NCBI GenBank assembly: GCA_963746295.1
Contig: CAVVAQ010000008.1
Coordinates: 42,882-106,881 of the forward strand
DNA: 64,000 bases
Origin: an uncultured Nitrospira sp.
Lineage (GTDB): Bacteria; Nitrospirota; Thermodesulfovibrionia; Thermodesulfovibrionales; UBA6898
Direction: 5' to 3'
The position numbers and the translations under genes were made by a program. Positions 38,004 to 47,190 of this stretch are shown here, piece by piece. Below the pieces are notes generated by a model. It did no database searches, was not told the origin of the DNA, and saw only the letters and a list, made by a program, of their open reading frames with translations. How positions within the stretch are numbered: the first letter of the stretch is position 1; the number at the start of each line of letters is the position of its first letter.

Positions 38004-40066
38004 CTCTGCGTCACCTCCATAGCTTTCCCCAGTGTTGTGATCCCCCTCTCCATGAGAAGATAAAGAAGACGAAGAAATACCTCGGCGGTAATCAGCGAAT
38101 CACCGAGAGCGGTATGCCTGTCCCTGATCTGCACGCCGAAACGCTGGGCAACCGCATCCAGAGAGTGTTCCGGCGTATGGTCATGCAGATACAGCGACAG
38201 CATCAGGGTGTCCAATACCGGGTTGAGGAATCGCACCCCCGCTTGTTTTTCCTTCATTCTGATAAAGCGCATGTCAAAGGCTGCATTGTGTCCCACAAGT
38301 ACTGCGTCACCAACAAATGCGTGAAAAGACCGCAGCACTTCACCGATCTTTGGCTTGTCCTTCACCATCTCATCGGTAATTCCATGAAAGCGTACAGACT
38401 CCTTTGGAATGGATCTGCACGGATTGACCCTTTTGTCAAAAATTTCGCCGACAATTATCCCTCCGTTTAAGATCTTCACCCCTGCCAGGGAAACTATCTC
38501 ATCTCCCTGGAGGGGAGCAAGGCCGGTCGTCTCCAGGTCAAAGACAACAAAGGGTAAGCTGTCCACGGGAACCTCATTCAGAGAGGCTGTATCCGCTGCC
38601 ATCTCCCTGAGAATGAAATCATGGTAGACCGGCCTCTCAGGAAGTACCCGCCGTACCGTCACCCACTGATTGGGCGAGGAGGGCATGGGAAGGCGGAGTA
38701 TAGCATATCCGGACATGGCGTGAGGGTAACTCCAGATGTCGCTGCTATGACGTTCGAGTACTTCAGCAACGGTGAAACCGGCAGGCCCGATCACCTGTGA
38801 AAGCCATTGCTGAATCTCCGATTGCGGCACTGCATGTCCCTGCCAGTAGTAGTCGAAATATACCTGCTTATCTCCCAGGAGTGTCTGAATCTCAATAGCC
38901 TGAGCACCACAGTATTCGTGAATTTTCAACGTAAGGTACTCAAGCAGGAGGAGCAGGGAAATGCTGTCCGCAAGTACCCAGAGGGGGTCGCCGGTCATCG
39001 TGAGGTGAATCCCCTGTTCCTTCAGCTTCTTTGCCGCACACGCGATAATATCCCCGGTAAAGACATCACTGTCAACATAGTGTGATGCTACCATGTCCTG
39101 GATCTCGTGGGCCATACTGTCAAAATGCCCGATGAGCGTCCGGGTCTCCTGGGCCATGATTTGTTCGAACTTGACGCGGTCCCCGGCGGCAAGGTCGGGG
39201 TGGAGGCGAAGACTTTCCATGCTTACACCAAGATTGGTCAAAGGTGCCCGCATTTTTGTTACCAGCGTACGCAACTGATTTTCCCTGCTCCCGACCAGTT
39301 TCGCCTGATAGCTGATGTCCTCACAGGTGAATACGAACGACCATGAGCTTTTTGGCATGGAAGGAAGTAAATGGATATGACAATTGAGCAGAATTCTCTC
39401 TTTCAGCGCCGAGCAGACGAAACGGATACCCTTTTCATCCCCGGTCATTTCCTCATAACGCAATTTCCGCTGCAGGAGGATCGCAAGGGCATTCTCAATA
39501 GGGTCCCGTGCACAGAGCAAATAGAGCGAACGCCCCAGCCCCAAAACCTCGTTATCATAGAACAGCCTTCGGACAGCGGAATTGTAGAACAGTATCCGTG
39601 CCCGTTCATCACAAACTATCACTCCTTCCCTGAGAGAGTTAAGAACCGCTTCCAGCTGAGTCCTGCGATCTTCTATCTCAGCAGCACCCGCAGCCAAAGC
39701 CTCTGTCATCTCGCGTTTTGCTCTCAGAAACGCGGTGCTGAGATTCTCAATTGCCTTCGGCAGATTTCCGAGGAGATGATGTCTGGGTATATCGAATTCA
39801 AACGCCGGATTCACACCGGCAACAATTTCAACTCCCTGATTGAGGATATAAAGAGGGCGAAAAATGAAATGGTGGAGTATGGCGATCATAATCGCCAGAA
39901 CCGCTAAATTTATGCAGGCTATTCCAACGAATATGAGCAGGAGATCCGGCTGGCCTCCAGGGCTGCCGGAGAGCAAAGCAATGACAATGCCTGCCCCACC
40001 CGACAAAAGCACATACCATACTGCTCCTCCCCAAAGCAGACGGCGGTAGTCGGGCTGTTTCGTCAC
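38000..40066 (-). CDS. Membrane sensor (2 TM-HAMP-PAS-degenerate kinase-like region) fused to a C-terminal DEDDh 3'-5' exonuclease (DnaQ-like) domain
   Basis: The exonuclease motifs are FVVFDLETTGL, LVGHNAAFDMRF and HTALGDSLITAEVF. I prefer GTG 40066 as the start (GGGAGG 7 nt upstream) because the long ORF start at 40216 would overlap the receiver gene. Confidence 0.8.
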   Translation of the reverse strand: MTKQPDYRRLLWGGAVWYVLLSGGAGIVIALLSGSPGGQPDLLLIFVGIACINLAVLAIMIAILHHFIFRPLYILNQGVEIVAGVNPAFEFDIPRHHLLGNLPKAIENLSTAFLRAKREMTEALAAGAAEIEDRRTQLEAVLNSLREGVIVCDERARILFYNSAVRRLFYDNEVLGLGRSLYLLCARDPIENALAILLQRKLRYEEMTGDEKGIRFVCSALKERILLNCHIHLLPSMPKSSWSFVFTCEDISYQAKLVGSRENQLRTLVTKMRAPLTNLGVSMESLRLHPDLAAGDRVKFEQIMAQETRTLIGHFDSMAHEIQDMVASHYVDSDVFTGDIIACAAKKLKEQGIHLTMTGDPLWVLADSISLLLLLEYLTLKIHEYCGAQAIEIQTLLGDKQVYFDYYWQGHAVPQSEIQQWLSQVIGPAGFTVAEVLERHSSDIWSYPHAMSGYAILRLPMPSSPNQWVTVRRVLPERPVYHDFILREMAADTASLNEVPVDSLPFVVFDLETTGLAPLQGDEIVSLAGVKILNGGIIVGEIFDKRVNPCRSIPKESVRFHGITDEMVKDKPKIGEVLRSFHAFVGDAVLVGHNAAFDMRFIRMKEKQAGVRFLNPVLDTLMLSLYLHDHTPEHSLDAVAQRFGVQIRDRHTALGDSLITAEVFLRLLYLLMERGITTLGKAMEVTQR

Positions 40067-40100
40067 AACGCAACCTCCCTGTACTGCCCGACCAACAGGT

Positions 40101-40481
40101 TTAAGGACCCGGATGACCGGCCAGGACTTCCCTGACTTTTTGAACAACCTCTTGCGTGGAAAAGGGCTTTGTGATATAGAAATCCGCTCCCAGGGCGAGC
40201 CCCTTTTCGCGTTCAACCTCGCGACCCTTTGCTGTCAGCATGATAATAACGATGTCTTTCATGGAAGGATCTGAACGAATTCTCTGACAGACCTCATAGC
40301 CGTCGAGATTCGGCATCATGATGTCCAGAAGAATCAAATCCGGATGGGATTTCTCGATTGCCCGAAGAGCATGTTCGCCGTCGCCTGCTGTCTGAACTTC
40401 GTAACCCTCCTTTTTCATAAGAAATTCCAGCGCAAGAACGATATTTGGTTCGTCATCTGCTATCAGAATGCGATGAGCCAT
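40101..40481 (-). CDS. Stand-alone CheY-like receiver protein
   Basis: ILIADDEPNI...DLILLDIMMPNLDG...MLTAKG...ADFYITKPF, 126 aa, no output domain. Confidence 0.9.
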   Translation of the reverse strand: MAHRILIADDEPNIVLALEFLMKKEGYEVQTAGDGEHALRAIEKSHPDLILLDIMMPNLDGYEVCQRIRSDPSMKDIVIIMLTAKGREVEREKGLALGADFYITKPFSTQEVVQKVREVLAGHPGP

Positions 40482-40620
40482 GAATTAGCCTCTCCCGGAA
40501 AGTTACTTGTACTCATTATATCACATTACATTCGAAGGAGATATTGAAGAGCTTTTCTATTGGACAGTTCTGTCTCAAAATTGCTTTAACAGATTTTCCA
40601 ATAGCGGTATAATAAATCAG

Positions 40621-42525
40621 ATGTTAAAAGAGGATGCCTTTGAATTTCTAAAAAGCCTTCCTGCGTCCAGGTCTCTGGATAACACTTCCCTGAGAAATCT
40701 TGTTGACCATCTCGCAATGAAGTTCTATCCTGCCGGAGCCCTCATCCTCAGCCAGCATGAGCCGCCCAGTCCGACATTCCACATGATTAAGCAGGGGGGG
40801 GTCATGATATATGTGCAGACTGAAACAGGCGAAAGACGTATTATAGATTATCGCGGAGAAGGGGATATTTTCGGGGCTGTGTCGCTGGCTGAAAATCAGG
40901 CGCAAGGCATTTCGGCGCAGGCCATTGAAGACACCGTCTGCTACGTGGTGGAAAAGCCCGACCTGCTTAAGCTTCTTGAAGATGTCCCCGCAATTGCTGA
41001 AATATTCAGAGAATCCCACTCCTGGATCTACAGACAGGATACCGATGCCGAGCTTCCACAGAAAAACCAGCTCTGCGGAGAGTCGGAGAAATTGCTTTTT
41101 ACAACACCGGTGCGAAAGCTCTTTGCAAAGAGCGTAGTCACTGCCGGCAAAGATGTTTCTATCGCAGAGGCGGCGAAATTGATGGCTTTAAACCGCATCA
41201 GCTCATTGCTGATCGCTGACGAGAATGATGAGCTGATAGGTATTATTACCGATACGGATCTGCGGAACAAAGTGCTCGCGCAGGCGAGGCCCCCTGAGGA
41301 CCCTGTCAGTACTATCATGAGCACTGACCTCATCACAGTCAAGGGCGCAGATTTCTGTTTTGAAGCGCTCCTAAAGATGATAGACCATAACATTCACCAT
41401 CTTATCGTCTTTGAATCCAGAAGACTTATCGGCGTGCTCAGCCACCACGACTTCATGATGCTTCAGGGCATTTCGCCCGTGATCTTTATCAAGGAGATCG
41501 AAAAACAGGAAACAATCGATGGGCTCGTTTCTGTCTCAAAGAAGGTTATCAGCCTGATTGCGCTCTTACTTCGGGAAGGGGCAAAGGCAAGCAATATCAC
41601 AAGAATCGTCACAGAAGTAAATGACCACCTTGAGCGGAGGGTATTAGATGTCGCCCAAAAGACATTCGGCCCTTCACCCGTTCCTTTCTGCTGGATAATC
41701 TACGGCAGTGAGGGGAGAAAGGAACAGACATTTAAAACCGATCAGGATAATGCAATCATTTATGCAGATACCGGTAATGACAGGGGCGCCCGTGTTGCTG
41801 ATGAATATTTCAGCCGGTTCGCGGCATTTGTCGTGGATGGGCTGTTGCAATGCGGATTTGCCAGGTGCTCAGGCAACTATATGGCGACGAATCCCAGGTG
41901 GCGCAGGCCGCTCTCTGCCTGGAAGAAGTACTTTAGTAAATGGATATTCGAACCCACGCCAGACGCTGTCATCTTTTCCGTTATATTATTCGATTTCAGG
42001 GGGCTTTACGGTGATCTCGGGCTTGCATCTGAACTGAAGCAGCATTTAATGGAAAGTCTCCGGGGCCAAAAGATCTTTTTGAAGAGTATCGCTGACATGA
42101 CGTCCCAGGTGGGCCTCCCGCTCAGTTTCTTCAAAACGTTCAGGGTGGAAGACGAAGGCGAACATAAAAACATGTTAGATCTGAAGAAAACGTGCATTGC
42201 CCCGATGCTCAACATCGTCCGTCTCTTCAGTCTGGAGGCCGGTATATACGAGACCTCCACGATGGAAAGAATTGCAGCACTGAAATCAGTGCACACAACG
42301 GTCAGAAAGATAGGCGACGAGCTCGAGCAGGCCTTCGAGTTTATTTCGCTTCTCAGAATTCGCCACCAATTTGAACAGATTAGAGCAAACATCGAACCCG
42401 ACAACTTTATCAATCCGGATCGTCTGAGCGCACAGGAGAAAAATACCCTCAAGAATGTCTGCCATCTTATTTCCCGGGTGCTTGACGGCATTATTCGTGA
42501 GTACAGCCCCGGCTCAATGATGTGA
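40621..42525 (+). CDS. cNMP-binding + tandem CBS + DUF294-type nucleotidyltransferase protein
   Basis: The cNMP-binding domain reads GDIFGAVSLAENQ. Two CBS domains follow. The NTase core is IIYGSEGRKEQTFKTDQDNAIIY (GS...DxD), followed by the helical DUF294_C-type tail. ATG 40621 is preferred over the 40507 ORF start. Confidence 0.85.
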   Translation: MLKEDAFEFLKSLPASRSLDNTSLRNLVDHLAMKFYPAGALILSQHEPPSPTFHMIKQGGVMIYVQTETGERRIIDYRGEGDIFGAVSLAENQAQGISAQAIEDTVCYVVEKPDLLKLLEDVPAIAEIFRESHSWIYRQDTDAELPQKNQLCGESEKLLFTTPVRKLFAKSVVTAGKDVSIAEAAKLMALNRISSLLIADENDELIGIITDTDLRNKVLAQARPPEDPVSTIMSTDLITVKGADFCFEALLKMIDHNIHHLIVFESRRLIGVLSHHDFMMLQGISPVIFIKEIEKQETIDGLVSVSKKVISLIALLLREGAKASNITRIVTEVNDHLERRVLDVAQKTFGPSPVPFCWIIYGSEGRKEQTFKTDQDNAIIYADTGNDRGARVADEYFSRFAAFVVDGLLQCGFARCSGNYMATNPRWRRPLSAWKKYFSKWIFEPTPDAVIFSVILFDFRGLYGDLGLASELKQHLMESLRGQKIFLKSIADMTSQVGLPLSFFKTFRVEDEGEHKNMLDLKKTCIAPMLNIVRLFSLEAGIYETSTMERIAALKSVHTTVRKIGDELEQAFEFISLLRIRHQFEQIRANIEPDNFINPDRLSAQEKNTLKNVCHLISRVLDGIIREYSPGSMM

Positions 42526-42619
42526 AACACACACGATGTTCTTGTTGGCACACCTTATTCGCATTGATTTAATTCCATGCTTTTTTCCCTGTGTCCCCTG
42601 TTTGTGCTATATTCTTTAC

Positions 42620-43418
42620 ATGAGTGAAGAAAACGAAAATCAGAAAATAAAAAAGCCGGAGCAGAAGATCTCCGACCTCAGCGCCGAAGTTTCTGAACTC
42701 AGGAGATCCAGTGAAAAATACAGGAGCATCTTTGAGGCATTGCCTGTTTCAATTCAGGTAGTAGATGAAAATGGAATAATTACCGAGGTAAACCCCTTTC
42801 ATATAAACCATTTGGGAAAAGGGAAGACAACAATAGAGAGCTATCTGCATGAGAATGTTTTGACGAGGGAAAGCATTATCCAGGCAGGATTATCAGAGCA
42901 CTACCTGAGGGTTCTCAACGGAGCAGTGATCGACATGAAAGAGGTATCTTTCCCGACCACTACGGGCGGGAGTTACGCGTACTGCAATGTCAAAGGAGTG
43001 CCCATAATGCGTGAGGGACGGCAATTCGGGTCTGTTTTTATCATAGAGGATGTAACTGAGTGCAAGAAAGCACAGGATGAATTGTTTTCGCATCAGGAGA
43101 GAACTCGAGGAACTTATTGAGGCCCGGACCAGAGATCTGAAAAACGCTTATCAGAGTTTGCATGAAGAAAATCTTGAGCGAAAGAAAACCGAGGCCGAAA
43201 AAGTGAAACTGATCAGTCATCTCGAGGAGGCCTTGAAGGAAGTAAAGACCTTGACCGGCCTTATCCCCATCTGTGCTTCCTGCAAAAAGATACGGGATGA
43301 CAAAGGGTTTTGGAACCAGATTGAATTATATATCAGAGAGCATTCTGACGCAGAATTCAGCCATGGCATTTGCCCGGATTGTGCAGAAAAGCTCTATCCC
43401 GGCTTAAATATTCCCTGA
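42620..43418 (+). CDS. PAS sensor with coiled coil and C-terminal 4-Cys module (ICASCKKIRDD...FSHGICPDC); frameshift near 43085-43100
   Basis: 42620.. gives MSEENENQK...YRSIFEALPVSIQVVDENGIITEVN (PAS). ORF 43077..43418 continues in another frame with ELEELIEARTRDL...LIPICASCKKIRDDKGFWNQIELYIREHSDAEFSHGICPDCAEKLYP. Confidence 0.75.
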
Positions 43419-43449
43419 GTCAGTTCCACAGAGACTTTTATGGCGCCCA

Positions 43450-43470
43450 CCCCGTGGCAAGACCACGGGG
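43450..43470. terminator. Perfect 8-bp GC-rich hairpin between convergent genes
   Basis: CCCCGTGG-caaga-CCACGGGG. No strong U-run on either strand. Confidence 0.4.
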
Positions 43471-43525
43471 AATATCACTCGCTGCTGTTTACCGGCAACA
43501 AAGAAGAGTAACCGTTCGCATCGTT

Positions 43526-44603
43526 TCATGAAACGAGCTTTGCCACCCTGTCGCCGACCTCTGTAGTGCTCATGCCCATATGACCGGCAGCCTGGCTCTT
43601 CATCTGCTTCATTACAGCCATCATAGCCATCTCGATCGCCTGAGCCGACTCTGTTTCACCAAGAGCATCGAGCATCATCATCGCAGCGCCGATCGCAGCC
43701 ATGGGATTGATCACGTTCTGTCCCGCGTACTTCGGTGCACTTCCTCCCATAGGCTCGAACATTGAGACCCCTCCGGGATTGATGTTCCCTCCGGCGGCCA
43801 CGCCGAGGCCGCCCTGGATCATGGCGCCAAGATCAGTAATAATATCGCCGAACAGGTTTTCCGTGACAGTCACATCGAACCATTCGGGATTTTTTACGAA
43901 CCACATATTCGCGGCATCAACATGGTTATAATCGCGCTTGAGTTCCGGATATTGTTGAGAGCCCATCTCTTCAAAGGCGCGGTACCAGAGGTCGCCGCAA
44001 TGGGTCAGCACGTTCCGTTTATGGATAAGAGTGATCGGTTTTGCAGCGTACTTCGGGTCCTTCGCGTTCCGCTTTTTCTTCAGTTCAAAGGCATACTTCA
44101 GGCAGCGGTCGACCGTGCGGCGATCATATACCATCAACTGCGTGGCGATCTCATCGGCAGTACCCACCCGCGTTGCACCGCCCATGACTCGTGTAAATGC
44201 CACCCGTGTTCTCGCGGATGACAACAAAATCAATATGTTCAGGTCCCTTGTCCTTGAGCGGCGTATCAACATTTGGATAAAGCTTCACCGGACGGAGATT
44301 GATATACTGATCGAGGCTGAAGCGTATCTTAAGCAGAATCCCTGTTTCGAGGATGCCGGGTTTCACATCGGGGTGACCGATAGCGCCCAGAAACATCGAA
44401 TCGAACTTTCTGAATTCAGCGATTGCGCTGTCCGGAAGCGTCTCGCCGGTCTTCAGATAACGAGTTCCTCCGAAATCGAAATTTGTGAACTCAAGTTTAA
44501 ATCCGCCCCTGGCAGCAGCATTCAGCACTTTGATAGCTTCAGCAACAACCTCAGGCCCGGTACCGTCACCGGGTATTACCGCTATGGTATATGTTTTGGA
44601 CAT
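43526..44603 (-). CDS. Isocitrate/isopropylmalate dehydrogenase family enzyme (tartrate/D-malate dehydrogenase-like), frameshift near 44190
   Basis: 44603.. gives MSKTYTIAVIPGDGTGPEVV...LGAIGHPDV...DQYINLRPVK...VVIRENTGGIYT. It rejoins ORF 43526..44272 (GGATRVGTADE...NLFGDIITDLGA...GGSAPKYAGQNVINP). Confidence 0.8.
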
Positions 44604-45171
44604 CTCTTCCTCCTGATCGTAAAAAAGTCAATTATAATATCATATTTGACGATTTTCTTATAAGGAAAAGCCTGCAGATAAAATGGGATATGTGAATTAT
44701 CCTCCGTTATCTGTTCCCAAATGAATCCGCCTGAATGTGCGGACGTATCCTCATACACATGGGACCAAAGGACTGGATATTTTTAAGCGCTTTCGTGAGG
44801 TATTCGTTTCGAAATGGCGACATGATAAAGTCCTTTCTCACATGTCCCACATTATGCTGCAAGAATGGTATCAAGGAAACGTATTGCTTCGCAGGGTTAA
44901 GACACAAACTGAAAAAAAAGGATCCCTTGTCAAGACAAGGGGTCCCTTTGTCCGGACGAAACAATTGAACAATATATCTTCAGGAGGTAAAGACTATTTC
45001 CTTCCTTCTCCCTCTCTGCCCGTCTGCCTTTCCGGTATTCTAAATTCCCAGCCCCTCTCGTCTTCCTGGGTCTGCGAGCGGCTTCAGCTTTCTCTGTTTC
45101 CTTCTTTTTAACGCTTCCTGCAGGAACATTGGAAACAGGCCCTTGAGGCGGGACTTTTGATACAGGCATTT

Positions 45172-46810
45172 TCAACTCTTTCTGTTTTGTTTCAGTCTTC
45201 CCCTGAGCCGGCTGCTGCCCTGAGGGTATTGTTTTCCTGTTGCCGGCGGGAGACCGGTTGACACGCCGGACTGTCCTGCCTTTTTTTCTGCGGGTGCCTG
45301 CCGTATCTCTCTCCCCTTTTCGGGAATGGTTTTTACCGGTCTCTCAGTCTCTGACGGCTGAATACGCTGCCTGGCGGGAACACGCTCCGGTTCCTGAGCC
45401 CTGACAGAACCCCCAGTCTTTGGTTCTCTTACCGTCCTGAGGGGCATAGACTTTTGTGAGGCTTGAGGCAGAAGCACTGATTTCTCACGCTCTTTGACAA
45501 ACAGACGCTTCTCCTTTATTTCCCTCACCTTTATATCCCTGACCCGTGCCGGAGGCTCTTTTGCTCTCGGAATTTCCTTGATCACCGGCATTTTCGTGGC
45601 CCTTTCAGGCGCTATTGCCGGTCTGCCGACACTGATACGCTCCTTCAGAAAAGGATTTTCCCTGAGCCTAAAGTCTTCCCTCTTGCCCTTTAAAAAAGTA
45701 TCCCGATGAACGACTGTTACCGCATTGCTTACAGAAACGTTCCTGTACACATTCTTTACCACAATCGTATTGATATTCACGTTCACGATATTTACGCTGT
45801 GTCTGCCGTAATTGCCATACCCGTAGTAAATTTCCCGCGGTGCGAGAGGCACCCAGGAAACATATGTCGGCGTGTAGACCCATCCGACATATCCCGGCCC
45901 CCAGTAGACATCCCCTCTGTCGGGCGGTACCCAGCACCATCCAAAGGAAGCCAGAAATGTCCACCTGCCATAGTGATACGGCGCCCAGCCCCACGGCTCA
46001 AAGGCTATCCATACATAATCACCGCCGATCCATGTCCACCTGCCATTACGGTACGGAGCCCAGCCAACAGAAATGTGCACGTGTGGGTGTCCAGACATAG
46101 CCGTATTCACCGGTATATACCCACCTGCCGTTGTTATCAAAATCAGCCGCATATCCATCCAGTTCATACGGAAGATACTGCACACTGTAACCACGTCCGG
46201 CTAATCCTCTGTCTCTTTCCAGATTCCATCTTTCCCACTCATCCATCATTCTGGACAGTGGAAAAAGATCAGCATACCTGTTACCCAGAGACAGCATTTT
46301 TCCGGCGACTACCTGCGTTCTGCCGCTCATGCTCTCTGCATAGATCCTGCCTTTGAATACAGAGATGTCTGTCTCCCCGTTGCCTGATACAGCAACATTA
46401 AACAACGCAGGATCATACACCCGCACGGAAGATACCGGTGTGTCCAATTGTATGACAGAGTCTCTTCGGGCTCTGAAATTCAGGTACGCCTGCCCAAGTC
46501 CCAGATAACATTGCAGTGAATCATTGTCAACGGTAACGATGTCGAGAGAACTATTTCCTTCAAGCCTGATCGCAGTACCATTTCTCGCCTGAATCTCGGT
46601 CCGTGCCCCCTCCGGGACCCATATCTGATCTCCGTCTCTGAGCGGCATGTTGATGCCTGCGGGAAACCATTCATCAGTATCCTCAGTCCTTATCTGTACG
46701 TCACCGTCTACAAGACTCAAGCGCAGTTCACCGAGTCCTGCAGCACCCGCGTATACAGGCAGGACCATGATGAACACCATGACTGCCATTATTATTTTTC
46801 CTGCTTTCAT
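45172..46810 (-). CDS. FecR-domain protein with Trp/Tyr-rich repeats (YGYVWTP, GWAPYHYGRW, GWCWVP) and a long basic Pro/Lys/Arg/Glu tail; frameshift near 46085
   Basis: MKAGKIIMAVMVFIMVLPVYA is a signal peptide. The FecR-like beta domain reads GDVQIRTEDTDEWFPAG...DGDQIWVPEGARTEIQ. ORFs 46046..46864 and 45172..46194 are colinear. Confidence 0.7.
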
Positions 46811-46930
46811 TGTTCTCCTCCTTTGCCTGATTCCTCTGTTTATTAAACAGTCATTTTTTTTCATACTCTGTTTCCGGGAATTCGTTCTTCACCGTCAGCT
46901 CCGCTCTGCTGAGGTCATTTAAACAGTTAT

Positions 46931-47134
46931 TTATGAAGGGAATGTGAACTTCTCAGGGAATACGATCCTCTCTCCTATTATTTCACAATTCTTCATAATT
47001 ACAGGTATCCGGAATTTCTGTTTGCCATGCCTGAATTCAACCATCTTAGCCTCCGCAAAGCCTTCGCGGTTTTTTCGTATCAGCTGGTCCGGAAGGTGCA
47101 ATTCAGTCAGATAAGAAGTCATAAAATTACCCAT
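46931..47134 (-). CDS. Hypothetical 67-aa protein
   Basis: ORF only, with no recognisable motif. It lies upstream of the FecR-like gene on the same strand. Confidence 0.3.
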   Translation of the reverse strand: MGNFMTSYLTELHLPDQLIRKNREGFAEAKMVEFRHGKQKFRIPVIMKNCEIIGERIVFPEKFTFPS

Positions 47135-47190
47135 AGAAATTTATATATAAACTTTGAATAAATGCATCAAAAAAGTTACAATTCAAAATT

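Noticed and set aside
42546-42563. TTGGCAC...TTCGCA as a sigma-54 promoter upstream of the PAS/4-Cys gene.
   Set aside because: The GG-to-GC spacing is two nucleotides longer than the -24/-12 consensus. An extended -10 element closer to the ATG explains transcription more simply.
44604-45171. Three mutually overlapping 77-124-aa ORFs on both strands in the 568-bp spacer.
   Set aside because: They are mutually exclusive and have no homology signal or RBS. The only plausible coding part is the basic low-complexity stretch that may be a frameshifted extension of the FecR-like tail.
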